Positions 23,693-36,000 of a stretch of DNA of 64,000 bases are shown in pieces. Both the position numbers and the translations under genes were made by a program. Numbering within the stretch: the first letter of the stretch is position 1; each line of letters starts with the position of its first letter. The DNA is from Coniocarpon cinnabarinum. Lineage: Eukaryota. The notes beneath the pieces are model-generated. The model searched no databases. It was not told the origin of the DNA and saw nothing but the letters and a program-made list of their open reading frames with translations. The stretch spans positions 124,001 through 188,000 of the forward strand of contig JAVECO010000017.1 in NCBI GenBank assembly GCA_051942205.1, given 5' to 3'.

Positions 23693-25771
23693 ATGGCGGA
23701 AGAAGAAACCGACAACATGGACACGAGACCGCCGCTACCAATCGAAGAGGATGTCATGGCTCTCGCAAGACTTGGTGAGATTGGCGCTATACAAAAGCTG
23801 TTCGACAGTGGTAAATGCGACGCCAGCTTCAAAGACGAGCAAGGCATCACGCCATTACATTGGGCCGCGATCAAGGGGCACTACGCCCTCTGCCACTTCC
23901 TCCTCAACCAGGGCGTCGACGTCAATGCAAAAGGCGGAGATGTGGGCGCAACACCAGTCCTCTGGGCCGCGCGCAGCTGCAACTACTACACCGTCAATCT
24001 GCTCCTCCAGCATGGCGCAGATCCCATGGCGACGGATGACCAGGGGTTCAACTTGCTTCAAAACGCCACGATGGACGGGAACGTGTTCCAGCTCGTCATG
24101 ATCTTGCATTACGATGTGCCCGTGAATGCGCCGGACGCACACGGACATACAAGCCTCATGTGGGCCGCATACAAGGGCTTTCCGCAGTGCGTTGAGGTCT
24201 TACTCCTCTGGGGCGCCAGCGTCACCGTGACCGACGAGAAGGGTTTCACAGCACTGCATTGGGCACTGGTGAAGGGCACACAGGGATGCATACAAAAGCT
24301 GCTCGAGTTCGGCGCAGACCGCTTCGTTCAGACGAGCGATGGCAAGACGCCGGCGCAGTGTGCCAAAGACATGAATACCGTTCCTGTATGGCAGCGCTCC
24401 CTCTCTGAAGCCGGCTTCGACGCCTCCGGTACACCCAAGACTCCCTCATGGCTCTCTTTCCTCGCCAGCGACCAGAAGACTGCACTCCGCCGCTTCTTCT
24501 TCTACTATCCTTTCGCCATACTCTACCTCTGCTGCTGGACGATCAGTGTTCTACCCATCTACTTCGCGCTACCCGCCGCGGCTGTCGTCTTCTTCCTCTG
24601 TCAGTACGCCGGCCACCAGCTCCTCCTCCGCGCCGCGCTGCCCAGCCTCAAAACGCTCAACCACACTCCCTTCCTCGCCGGTATATTCGCCGGCTCACTC
24701 TTCTGGGCAGGCATCCACTACGTCTTGTACATCCTCCCATGGACCTACAATACCTCGACCACTGATACCGTTGCGAATCTCGCTTTCCTCTCCCTCTACG
24801 GACTCTGCACATACTTCTACCTCTCGACCCTCCTCGAAGACCCCGGCTTCATCCCCAAGTCATCCTCCAGGAGTGAGCAAAAAGCCGTAGCGCAAGACCT
24901 CCTCCGACTCGGCGTCTTCGACGACCGCCACTTCTGCATCACCTGTATGGCGCGGAAACCACTCCGCTCTAAACATTGCCGCATGTGTGGTCGCTGCGTC
25001 GCCAAGCATGATCATCACTGTCCCTGGGTCGACAATTGCGTCGCGAACAACAATCACCGCCATTTCTTCCTCTACGTCGCCACGATGTGGGTCGGTGTTC
25101 TCCTCTTCGGCTATCTCAGCTACCAATATCTCATCAACCGCCCGCCGCCCAACACGCCTCAGCACTGCGTTATTCTGCCCGCTCACCTCTGCACCCTCAT
25201 CGCTACAGATTACTTCACATTCATCCTCACCGTCTGGCTTCTGCTTCAAGACGTCTGGGTCACCATGCTGATCCTCACCCAACTCTTTCAAATCGCCCGC
25301 GGCCAGACCACCTTTGAGGTCATGAAGGGCCATCCCCAACTGTCTGGCACCAACGCCGCCGTCGCCGCCGGCATCACATCCGGCACCGCCTCATTAGAGG
25401 GCGCAGGTCTCACAGACACCGGCGCCGGCCCGGAAGCGTCCAAGCGCAAGAAACCAGACGGCTGGCTCGACCAGTGGAAACGTCTTTTAGGAATCGACAG
25501 TTTCATCGCCACCGCCCTGCATGGCTCACGTGCAGACGAGGTGCTGAAACGACGCAGAGAGAATCCCTTCCATCGGGGGATGGTGCAGAATCTGCGGGAT
25601 TTCTTTTTCGATCCGGCGCCCGTTTTTGCGAGGCGCGCGAATGGGATGGGTATGCTGGGTGGTGAGGTCGTGGATTATGCGACGATGTATGAGGCGCCGC
25701 GCGTTGGACGGGTGGTCAGGAGAGGAGGGGAGCGGTATGAGGGCGTTGCGCAAGAGGAGGAGGATGTATAG
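23693..25771 (+). CDS. AKR1: Ankyrin-repeat DHHC palmitoyltransferase
   Basis: Several ankyrin repeats (TPLHWAA, TALHWAL), TM helices and KPLRSKHCRMCGRCVAKHDHHCPWVDNCV. Confidence 0.96.
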   Translation: MAEEETDNMDTRPPLPIEEDVMALARLGEIGAIQKLFDSGKCDASFKDEQGITPLHWAAIKGHYALCHFLLNQGVDVNAKGGDVGATPVLWAARSCNYYTVNLLLQHGADPMATDDQGFNLLQNATMDGNVFQLVMILHYDVPVNAPDAHGHTSLMWAAYKGFPQCVEVLLLWGASVTVTDEKGFTALHWALVKGTQGCIQKLLEFGADRFVQTSDGKTPAQCAKDMNTVPVWQRSLSEAGFDASGTPKTPSWLSFLASDQKTALRRFFFYYPFAILYLCCWTISVLPIYFALPAAAVVFFLCQYAGHQLLLRAALPSLKTLNHTPFLAGIFAGSLFWAGIHYVLYILPWTYNTSTTDTVANLAFLSLYGLCTYFYLSTLLEDPGFIPKSSSRSEQKAVAQDLLRLGVFDDRHFCITCMARKPLRSKHCRMCGRCVAKHDHHCPWVDNCVANNNHRHFFLYVATMWVGVLLFGYLSYQYLINRPPPNTPQHCVILPAHLCTLIATDYFTFILTVWLLLQDVWVTMLILTQLFQIARGQTTFEVMKGHPQLSGTNAAVAAGITSGTASLEGAGLTDTGAGPEASKRKKPDGWLDQWKRLLGIDSFIATALHGSRADEVLKRRRENPFHRGMVQNLRDFFFDPAPVFARRANGMGMLGGEVVDYATMYEAPRVGRVVRRGGERYEGVAQEEEDV

Positions 25772-25998
25772 AGCGTATGCCGGTTGGTTTTTCTAGATTT
25801 GCTTTTTAGGATCTAGCGAGGCGTTGGGGATTTAATGATGCCTTCGTTTGCGAGGGTATCTAGTGAATAGTACGACACAGTATTGATAATACAGCCATTA
25901 CGAAGCATGCCCAAGTTACCTCATCAACGGTCATAGTTAAAGCCAAGTTGGATGCTCATCCGCCGAGCCTTGTATCCACATGCACAGAATTATACCAA

Positions 25999-27312
25999 TC
26001 ACTCAAACTTTGCCATTGCCAGCTCAAGGGCAAACGCCAGTGTCAATCGCGCATGCTGTAACATATGTCCAAAGTTTAGGTATTCAATCTTGTCCTCCGT
26101 CGTGTGAATCTTGTTATCACTGTACTCAAAATCACTCTCAATCACAAACGCACTCGGGTATCCCGCCTTGGACGCCGACGCATGATCTGAACAAGCGTAG
26201 CCGCACTTCGTGAGCGTATATGGGATAGAGCAGTACTGCCTCTCGTCAGTATATTGGTCATCATTCCCATCTCGAAGCGGCATTCAAGAAAGACTCACAT
26301 TCGACACCACCATCTTAATGAACTCCGTCAACCCCGCATCCACAAAATCCGTGATGACGCCCACGCTCTCTGGCTTGCCTGCATCCAAAGTCTTCTGCAC
26401 GTACCCCGTCATGTCCTGTTGGAGCATGGCCTTGACGTCGCGTCCTTGTCGCTCATATTCCTTGAAGATGGCGCGACTACCCAATAGTCCCCCTTCTTCC
26501 GCGGAGTACCAATGGAACTCAATCGCGTTCTCCGCTTTACCCTCGACGACGTCCTGATTCTTCAGCAGTACCCTGAGTGCTTCGAGTATCGTGACGGTGC
26601 CCGAGCCGTCATCGTCCGCACCGGGTGCTGCAAGGAGTGAAGGGAAGAAGAGATTGATCGAGTCTTGATGCGCGCCGATGACAACGGTAGCGTTGGAGCG
26701 GCCTGGAATGGTAGCAATGACACTGTTCTGACCCCATTCGTGCGGGAAGTGGCGCACCGTCGCGCCATGCTTATCCGCGCCGCTGTCCAGCACAGTGCTA
26801 GCCACCTGATCGAGGAGCCATGCCGAGGACTCGCGGCCGGTGGAGGACTTGTAATAGCGCGTATGGAACGACGTAAACGTCTCGAGATGCGCACGCATGT
26901 TGCTTTTATCAAGGGAGCTGAGAAGTGGCTGTAATGTTGCATTTTGGGATATAGAGCTCGGGTATTTCACTGGTGCTTTGACGGGCTTCGACGTGAGGCG
27001 GTAGGGCTCTTCGAAGTCGTCGGTGATGTCGATGAAGTTGATACCTTGGCGACGAAGTGCCCATTTTTGTGCATCGGTCACCCACTCTGTAACACCGGGC
27101 GCGGTCTCGATGTATGAGAGGGAGTCATCCTCGACGAACGCCTCTTCGAGGATTGTCTCGGATAGAGAGATGGGAAAGGATTGCAGAGGTGCTGCAGGTG
27201 GCGACTGTTGGCCACCAAAGACGGCTTGGGCGTCTTGCTGAGGGAGCAAAACGGGCGAGGCGAATGTGCTGGTGAAGAGGGTGGTCGCGAGCGTGAGTGA
27301 GCTCAGATACAT
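25999..27312 (-). CDS. LAP1: Secreted M28 leucine aminopeptidase; intron 26236-26298
   Basis: Signal peptide; [24 protein letters not shown] and QQDMTG motifs; spliced C-terminus [10 protein letters not shown]...IHTTED. Confidence 0.93.
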
Positions 27313-28041
27313 GATGCCGGGTCTCGAAGCAGAGAAGAGGACGATTGCGTTCTCGTGGTTCCTGTCTCGACGTGGCTATAGAGGGAGACGACCTCTGCGC
27401 CTGGCTCTCTCTATTTGAACTGGGAGAAGCTCTTGTAGGATGATGCTGCTCGGACCGCAGCTTTTGCAATCCTTACTAGCCTCGCGCGGACTCTAGTCGC
27501 TGCGGTGGACACAGCGGGCATCAGAGACTAGCGCAAAGGTGAGGAACATTCGGTATCTATGCGCTGCGAATGACATCCAACGGCTGGTGTACGTCACGCG
27601 GGGCGGATGGGCTGAAGGTCGGACACGCCAGTAGGTAGTGGAAAGATGTTCGATATTATCGGTCAATCAGTATTTCTTGGGGCACGGTAGATGTTTCGCA
27701 GTGGTTTGACTATTTGCCAGCAACGACCTCCCATGGTGAAACCATCTGGTCTTAAGGCGCCGACGCAACGCGACACACCAGTGCTAGCGACAGGAGTTTA
27801 GTTATGAGCCATGACCATGCAGGACCAACGTGCTTCTCAAGGGTTGTGACTCAACAGAGACTCGACTGCGCTTCTAAAGTCCTGTTCATCAAAGTCAAAG
27901 ATAATCTTTTTCGCTTTTGCGGCGGGTCTTCACATGCAAGAAAAAAAATGTCCGTGTGATCGTCTGAAGAAGTGGTCTGCTGCGGTACCTTCATGCTTGA
28001 AGAGTACTAAGTTTATTGTGACTATGGGTGGCGTCTACATG

Positions 28042-29337
28042 TCAATGCCAGCCTCCGCTCGCAGGCGGCTCACAAGTCACTGCTCGACCACCTCGCGACA
28101 GTTGACCATGGTCGAGTTCCATAGCATCAATCTCATTGGCATTGTCTGAGCACTGATACCTCGCCCGTTCCTCCTCTTCTGCTCGTGACGAAGAGACCGT
28201 CTGAAAAGTGCTGAGATCACTGCCGCAGTCGAATGAAGCGCTGCGAGTGTGCTTCATGTTCAGAGCTCCGCACTGACCATGGATAAAATGTTGCGACCGC
28301 TCAACAGCATGGGAAAAACCAGTGTTGCAATGCCAGCAAGACGCCAAAGCGCAATCCAGGGTTGACTCAGTTTCAGAACCAGACGTGGTCTCGTACCCCG
28401 AATCACTTCCGTGTTCGAACTTCAGCTGTTCAGGGATGGAGGCATCCCCGTCGATTTGGCTCCTCTGATCGGTCGCAAACGAGAAAATGACTGGCGACTT
28501 TGATTTGTCGAAAGCGTTTAAAGGACAGGCATCTGATCGACGCCGCTGTGTCTGCACTTCGTGAATCAGACGAGCATGTCGTGTCATTGTACGTGCGGTA
28601 TGCCGTGACTTTGAAACACCAGCGGAGATGGCGCCACGACGGGATCTCAATGGCGAGCTTGATGACGCGACAGGGTCTTTCTGAGAAAGGCATTTGCTAT
28701 TGAGTAAGTGCAATGTTCTTGCCGAGCTTCGTGAGAAATTGGCGCCGCATCGAGGACATGAGGAGGCTCGCGATATTGACTGAGTTCGGCGGCCTGGTCT
28801 GAGCGATACGGCTCGTGCTGACGCGACTGACTTTGATGGTGGTAGGTGGTAGCTCGGATCCCTGGACTGGGGTTCAGGAGGCAGTAACACACTTGAGACA
28901 GTGCTTGAGTCGATTGTGGCTTTTGATGAATTGCCATCAGAGATGTGTGCTGCACCCATGGCCTCGACAATCTGGGTCAGCCGCTCAGCATGCCCAATGG
29001 ATGTGGGTGCCCTGGCGGCTGGGCTGCTGATCGGGAGCCCTTCCCGCTCGTGATGACGGATGACAGGCGCGCAATCATTGATGACTCCGAATTGTGACCG
29101 CACAGCAGACCGACGGTATTCGACGCCGCAGGATGCGAGTGCGGAACGGCGGGCTCTGTTTGAATGTCCATTTCGCTGGTGACAAAGCAAGTCGTGAAGG
29201 GTCTCAAACCCACGTCCATTGCAATGCTTTTCCCAGCACTGGTGTATTAAGGACGACGACCGTTGCTCGGCAGAAATGGGGTGGTGGCCGGCGAACAGGT
29301 CCACAGTCGGGCCGAACTCGTAGAGGGGCGCAAACAT
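28042..29337 (-). CDS. Zinc-finger protein (one C2H2 and two C2HC-like fingers)
   Basis: CWEKHCNGRGFETLHDLLCHQRNGH; CPRCGANFSRSSARTLHLLNSKC; CWHCNTGFSHAVERSQHFIHGQC. Confidence 0.65.
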   Translation of the reverse strand: MFAPLYEFGPTVDLFAGHHPISAEQRSSSLIHQCWEKHCNGRGFETLHDLLCHQRNGHSNRARRSALASCGVEYRRSAVRSQFGVINDCAPVIRHHEREGLPISSPAARAPTSIGHAERLTQIVEAMGAAHISDGNSSKATIDSSTVSSVLLPPEPQSRDPSYHLPPSKSVASARAVSLRPGRRTQSISRASSCPRCGANFSRSSARTLHLLNSKCLSQKDPVASSSSPLRSRRGAISAGVSKSRHTARTMTRHARLIHEVQTQRRRSDACPLNAFDKSKSPVIFSFATDQRSQIDGDASIPEQLKFEHGSDSGYETTSGSETESTLDCALASCWHCNTGFSHAVERSQHFIHGQCGALNMKHTRSASFDCGSDLSTFQTVSSSRAEEEERARYQCSDNANEIDAMELDHGQLSRGGRAVTCEPPASGGWH

Positions 29338-30594
29338 GGCTACACGGTGGCAGAAGCACAGAAGCAGCACGATCGATGGTATTGATGCAGTCTAACAAGG
29401 AGCAGAGAGGAATGCAAGGCCTTTTGAAGGAGCGCTTGCTTGTGTACTGGACGCGTTGACTACCGAAAGGGCCGGCGCCCTTTAAGATCCACATGGCTAG
29501 GGACAGCATGGCTTTCGTGTCGGCAAGATCCTAAAGGAAGACAGTCGAGTGCAGCAGCAGCGGTCCTATCATCCTTGTTTCATGAGAGCAACGGCCCTTG
29601 TGCGGGCGCCATGGACCAAGACGGCAGAGCACGAGCTCGAAGCGATCTAGTATGAGAGGTCGGTTGCTTGCCCTACAGCAAGATGTACCGAACTACCACC
29701 GCAAGCTTGACAGACACGGGAACGAGGAAAGTCAACTCGCCGGTGACAATTATTCAGGAGTTTACCCCACTTCAATCGCGGCCTGCGGACAGGCTCAGTG
29801 CAGGCATACAGAGTATTGCCAACGTCGACCTGCAATACCAGGACAGCTTGCGGTGCTATTCTTGCTCTATATCGACGGTGATTTTTGCACTTGAGCACAA
29901 GGTTGCAAGGTGAGATTGCAAGCGTGGCCAACACGTGGCACGCAGGACAGTAGCCCCCTCCTCGCGCGTGCAAGCGTCGACGCTGTAGGTGTATTCTTGG
30001 ACGGTGATTGTCGATCCGCCCACGGAGAAGGAAGCGCGGCAGGCGGGCGTGAAACAGCGATGGGGAATGGCTGGGCGTGTGATTGAGTGCGGAGGTCCGT
30101 GGACGAAGATGTCGACGACGCACCGACTCATCCACCAGGCGTCTCAGGCTGGAACCGACCAATCCACGGCGCCTTCGGTCGACATGGGGGCCTCGGATGG
30201 TCGGACGGACTGATAAGGCCTGCAGTGGGTGAGTACCAAGGTAGGTGGCCTGCTGGGCTGTCTGTTGATGAGGTCCTTGCGCTGCGATCGCCCGGTCCGT
30301 GCGGCTTCTCGAGCCTGCTGCGTCGACCGTCGGCTTGCGTGCGCTGCCCGGGCTGGACGTGTCATACATCACCCTACTCATTCCAATTGCATCCTGAGTC
30401 ACTCGTTGAGCCAGACCTACCGCGCCTTGGCCGTGCAGCCTTCTTGATCTCTGGCAGCTTGTCACAGGTAGTTTGGGCTCTCGTTCAAACGCAGGCCTAC
30501 ACGCCAGTCCCGCCACATCCGATCCACGCCGTGTCGCCATCTTCGCCACTGCGATCAAAGCTCCCGTCGAAGCTTGCATTCTCTCCTTGCAACA

Positions 30595-31951
30595 ATGGCA
30601 ACTCCCGCTGACTCCGACAAACGCGCCTCCGGCATCGACATCGACGCCTGGACCTCGTCCACCGCCGCTTCGCTGGCGCGTCTGTCTCTCACGCCTGCAT
30701 CGGCCCTCCCTCTGGACCCCTCAGCAGATCACAGCGCCACTGCACCGAATGCCGCCTTCCCTCGAGCCTCCGTCGTCGATCCCGTCTCAAACCCGTTGCA
30801 TCCTTCCTCCGTGAACGTCGTCCGCGGCACCCAGCCTTCACTCACCATCGCCCTCGACGACTCCACGCATCTCCCTACGTCGCAGGCTCACCACGCGACT
30901 CAACCTCATCCATCTTCTCAGCCTCAGCCTCTCCGCCGCAAGTCCTCAAACCGCGACTCTCTTCGCCGTCGGGAAGCGCTCCTGCTTGGAAAGCCTGGCA
31001 GTCGCCGCCGTCGACAATACGAGAACTCGCGCCTCATCTCGAACCCCTATGCCGTCCCGCCAGAGCCAGGCGACTGGGAAATTCGACCCATGTACGCCCG
31101 GCGCGAAGTGCCATATGCAGCCGCGGGGTTGTGGGAGGAGAAATACAAGCTCGTGGCGAACGGACGAGAGGAGAGGGTCAGGAGAGAGCGAGAAGATGGG
31201 AAGAGAGGATTGGAGCGGCTGAGTCGAGGTGACCGGGAGCGGCTCAAGCGGTGCAATGCTCGGGGCTTGTTGGCAAATCTCGAAGCGTGCGTGCGCGATT
31301 TCGTGGCGGATTGGGAGGCAAAGAGTCGCAAGGGCGCGAATGACGGTCTGCCACGAGGCCGGGGAAGAGGCGACAGCTTCGTGGACGTGGGTGCGGAAAG
31401 CTGCAGTGGAAGCGAGAATAGCAGCGACGAGGAGGTTGTATTTGTGGGTCGAAGAGCCCTGGAGAAGGCGCATCTGCATGACGATCGCAGACGGAAGGGC
31501 AAGAATGACGCGTTGGGTGACGAAAAGCTCGTCCTCGATAGCCTCGAGGACGACGCGGGCGCGCGCTTCGGGTACGTCTTCTCCCACGTCTCCTTTGACT
31601 CTTCCAGCATCAAGCATGATTCAACAACTCTTCTCGCCCACCTCCTACGTCCCTTGACACCTTCGAAGAGCCTGAACTCCTCTACCGCCAACAGCCATCC
31701 CTGCTCCTACCGTCATTTCTATTCTTTTGAAAGCATGCGCGGACTGTGTGAACGACGTGCAATAAGCTAATTTTTTATTTAGTCGCTGGCTCATTCACGC
31801 TCTGGCAACCTACTACGACCTCCGCGCCTGGTCTGTGACCACCAACGACGATCCCGCCCACCGCGAAGCCTACGTCGGTATTAAACCGAGTGCAAGTCGT
31901 GATGTGAAGAATACCCTCCAGATGCCGAGACCGTTGTGGGTGATGGTGTGA
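30595..31951 (+). CDS. R3H-associated N-terminal domain protein; intron 31572-31782
   Basis: RDSLRRREALLLGKPGSRRRRQYEN motif; spliced C-terminus RFG|RWLIHALATYYDLRAWSVT...REAYVG...MPRPLWVMV is R3H-like. Confidence 0.85.
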
Positions 31952-32475
31952 TCTAGCAAGCGATGCAGCTAGAGGTGCGGCGAGCTAGATGTAGAGGTAT
32001 ACATGTAGGTGAGTAGAGTGAATTCGAATATAGAGGCTTAGCTGCGGAGGTCCTTCGGAATGAACGTCGTAACGTGAAGCGCATTCTTTTTACTTAGTGA
32101 TTTATTTGAAGCTTGTCTAAATGCCTGCGGAAGAAAAAGAATCTAATGAGATAGGGTGCCACGCGCAAAGGTATGAACGGGTGAGATAGCATGGCGAGAC
32201 ACTTGGAAAACGCAGTGCGACTCGAGAGCTCGAAGCAGACGCGAAGATCAGACAGGAAGAACCGATTGCGGTGATGCGCAGACGCGATGCTTTTGGATAC
32301 TGCCGTGACGTACGTACAGAAAGACCGGATACATGTTGAGCAAGAAAATCTACATCGTCAACGCATAGGCAGCCACATCCCCCAATCGGCCGTCAGCTCA
32401 TGAATGGCGTGGTATGTATGATACACCTCGAAGATTGCTTGGTTTTGGGCCGCATTCCGTGTGGCTGCATAGCCT

Positions 32476-33180
32476 TTAGGCGCGCTTGCCGTTGATTGCC
32501 TTGAGCCGCACGTCGCTGGAGTATTATTGTCAGCATGCGCTGGACGCTTGCTGGAACCAATGGGTTGCAGCTCACAAGATCAGATCGGCCTTCGGTGGGA
32601 TAAGCCCTGGGAAGCCACTGTTATGGAGTCAACCAATTGACGTCGACCGAGGCAGAAGCATGGTACCGACTTCTCGCCATATGCACTCTGCCATGGGATC
32701 TTGATGGTGGCTTCTTCTCCCAACGACATGCCGCCGTCGGCATAGAGCACTCCAGTCTCCCACCCTAGTTCGTTACATCAGTAACATGCCATCGGAGATG
32801 TATGTGGATGCACGCATGCACATGTGTACGCATGCATGCATGTAAGACATGTAAGACATGTAAGATGACCGCAACAAGCGCAAGACAGAGCAAGTCTTTG
32901 GCGAGCGCTAGCATGTCCCGCACGCATCATGCGCGTGTCTTGACAGCCACGCAGAATCGCTGCAAGATCTGTGCAACGTACCTCGAATGACGCTGCCACC
33001 TCCGAGCTTGGTCGTTAGATCACCGCGATCTTTCGAGCTGTCGAACTTCTTTCCCCTCCCACCCGAGCCACTCTTTTGTCGGTCATGCAGATATCCGGTA
33101 TAGGACATGACAACGACATCGCCTTTCTTGGGGATGTCCACACCATTGCCGAGTTGCGTAGTTTTCTTAGAGACACCCAT
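32476..33180 (-). CDS. FKBP12-type peptidyl-prolyl isomerase; three introns (first 32765-32981)
   Basis: Spliced MGVSKKT...YTGYL...FDSSKDRG...VIR|GWETGV...MSLGEEATIKIPWQSAYGE|NGFPGLIPPKADLI|FDVRLKAINGKRA. Confidence 0.92.
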
Positions 33181-34778
33181 TTTGCGGAAGTGGGTAGCGA
33201 GATCTTGCGTAACGCACGATTTATGCAGGTACAAATGGGTACCGGTGACGTGGAAGCGAGTTAAGTACCGTAGAGAAATGAAGGGACCTGATTCGCAGGG
33301 ATGATGCTTAGATACTAGGGTTCAATGGTTCCAGGATCCAGGAGCTGGGGTCGAGGTCTCAGATCTGACCAGGGTGCTGGGGAAAGAGAGTGGCAGTGAA
33401 CACCCAACCTGTTGACGCTGTGGACGATGGGTGTATCTGGCAAGGACCTGTTGCTGATGGAACTCGATGCTGGCGGTGTGAGGACCAACTTTTATATCCG
33501 TCAAAGTCTTTGGCAGAGAACGCCTACCATTTCAAGCCATCGAAATGTGCACACCGTTGAATGCAATGCAGCAAGTTGTCTGATTGTTCTCGTCAATGAC
33601 ATTAGTCGTTTGTTGCAGCCGCTGTTGTATCAACATGTACCTGAATTTCAGGAATTGTCAAACTGCCGGGTCATTCTTTGCGCAGGTCAACTTTGCTACG
33701 AAGGCAGGATGGGTATCCCCCATGACCGGAGACGCTTGATAAACAAGGTCCACACCTACACCGGTCAAGGTCCGAATCAAAACGTGCAAGTTGAGCGAAA
33801 GCCACAGCCGGTTCAGGCTAGGACTGCCTTCATGCCATGGAAACCAACACGTCCAATCCGCTTACACTTGGAGCTCTGCAGTAACAGCAAAAAATTCGCC
33901 GGAGGTCCAGTCAAAACTCAACCGGCAATAGATATGCGGGTCATTCTGATAACCAGATGATAGGCTGCATCGCCTCTTTAAGCGTGCACGTTGCTGCACC
34001 TCTCACTTTGAGTCGATGGATGCTCAAGCTGCGTCTTGCATCTGTAGCGCTACACGGTGTCGAAGCCTCTTTTCGAAGCTCCAAGCTAGTCGTTGCAAGC
34101 TCTCATCGTTCGCCAAACCAATGTGCGAACGATCAAGTTTCGCTGTCTTTCATGTGTGGAAGCTTGACTGGAGGGGTAGCACGCATTGACGGCCCGGGGC
34201 TGAAAATTTGTTAGCCGCGAAAAATCCTCCTGTTGGCGCGGCTGATCACTGAAACCGACTTCAAGTATCAAATCCCTTTTAGCCGCTCCTTGGAGAATTA
34301 GGTACCTTTGAGAGACGCACTTTAGTCGTCGAAATGCATGGTCATTGTGTTTGAAAGCAAGCGCGAGATCGCGGGTATTAGATAGTGGCTGCATGTGGCG
34401 AAGTCATTGACATCGGTGGATGACATCTGGTCTGTGCAGGGCGCATGACGGCCAATTCAGAGGCCAGATCGGACCCAGTAGTATGGTGCCGGCCTGCTGG
34501 GACAGGATCATGGCCAATAGACAAATTGTCGGGTCGGAGATTCGTCTTCGTACTCAAGCGCATGTTTCGAAGATCTGGCTTTCCATGCGGAACTCCTCCT
34601 GCATTCTTATTGACAAATTTTTCTGCGCAGAGAACGTTCTTGTGTCGCGCCTCAGTGCTGCCGCTGCTGCTGTGTCATCATAAGCTTTTGCCGTCTCGAG
34701 CCAACTTCGCGGGCTGTCCAAACGCTTGACAGATGACAGTGAGCACTCTCCCCGACTGCCGGCCATTTCCGTTCGCCT

Positions 34779-36000
34779 TCAGGCACTTGACGCCCAAAAT
34801 GGTAGCTGCGCGAGAGTACCGATCGGCATTCTCGCCAGCTTTGAATTGGCGTTCTCAGAGTTGCCAGATTGTATAACGCCAACCTCTCTAACGTCCAGAT
34901 CTTGCAGGAACTTCAAAACTTTGTCATAGCAGACGCCTGCATGAGAGGGGTCGTGGCTGTCATCGCTTAGGACCACAACGCCACCCATTTCTGTCCACGC
35001 CGTGACGACCTCGCCCCGCGGATACGGATGTTGTAACCCTTTGCGTAAGGCACTACTGTTCACTTCAAGCACTCCGTTATAATCTTTGACCCTTGCGAGA
35101 TTGCGTAGAATCCTGGGCCAAACACCTTGTCTATTTCTCAAGTTTTTGTCAGGTTCTCGGCACTTGAGGCGTATGAGATCGAAATGGCCAACGACAGGAG
35201 GCTCCATACGTGTCAGAAGCTCGTACTGCGTGTCGAAATACTTGCAGAATAGTTGGTCTTCGTCTCCGCCTGATTTTGTCAATGCCCGGTCGAAGCATGC
35301 AGCGTCATAGTCAATTGGTATGCCATGAACATGATGAACGCTTCCAATCCAGGTATCAAAAGTTGCAGCATATCGACGCTGGATCTCTTGTATTCGATTT
35401 CGAGCTTCGACTGGATCCTCGTCAATCCATTCGCCCTCAAAGCCGATGAGTAGGTGGACCTGGATAACTGTCAGCTTCCAAAAGGGTATAGCAAATCGTT
35501 GTTGTGATCTTATTTCAAAGACCATGAGCCAAACGGGGATCGGGGCTTGAAGCTCCGCTCTCAAGGTTCGCATTCGCATCTAACAGCCCATCCTGACCTG
35601 AGTGATGGCATGGGCCTACATCCGCTTACAAATCCGACAGGCTGAGCTGGTGACCGTATACCTCGAACAAGGGGAATCACGTGAGGTCTTTGCAGCAAAA
35701 AAGGTGAAGGGTTCACGGCAGACTCAAACACTCACTCACCTCTGGATGTGTAGTCGCGTATTGATCTTTCAGACGCTTGGCCTCGACGACGAAGTTCTCG
35801 AACACTTGATGGAGTCGCTCTGGAGTCCATCCATCTGCCTCTTCATCTGGATAGAGGTGTTCGTAAGGTCGGCCGACATGTTCGGTCAGTGCTATCGTCG
35901 TCATATGCTTAGTTTCAATCATATGTGACAGCGTATCAGCCAGGGAGCCAGTAGCGTGGTTGCAGAACTGGCCGCTATGGCTATGATGAGTATGCGGCAT
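34779..36000 (-). CDS. HIS2: Histidinol-phosphatase (PHP family); intron 35460-35739
   Basis: MPHTHHSHSGQFCNHA, LTEH, IGFEGEW, GSVHHV, GHFDLIR, EVNSSALRKGL..PYP and SDDSH motifs. Confidence 0.93.

Noticed and set aside
29647..30579. 310-aa minus-strand ORF
   Set aside because: Arg-rich with no motifs; lies in the GC-rich upstream region of the R3H-associated gene and is likely spurious.
33412..34700. ORFs between FKBP and HIS2, including an intron-like GTGCGT...GCTAAC..CAG on the minus strand
   Set aside because: I could not assemble a convincing coding frame; a non-coding transcript is not excluded.
35560..35605. U14 snoRNA (CATTCGCA and CTGAGTGA words)
   Set aside because: No box C TGATGA upstream and no domain B sequence.
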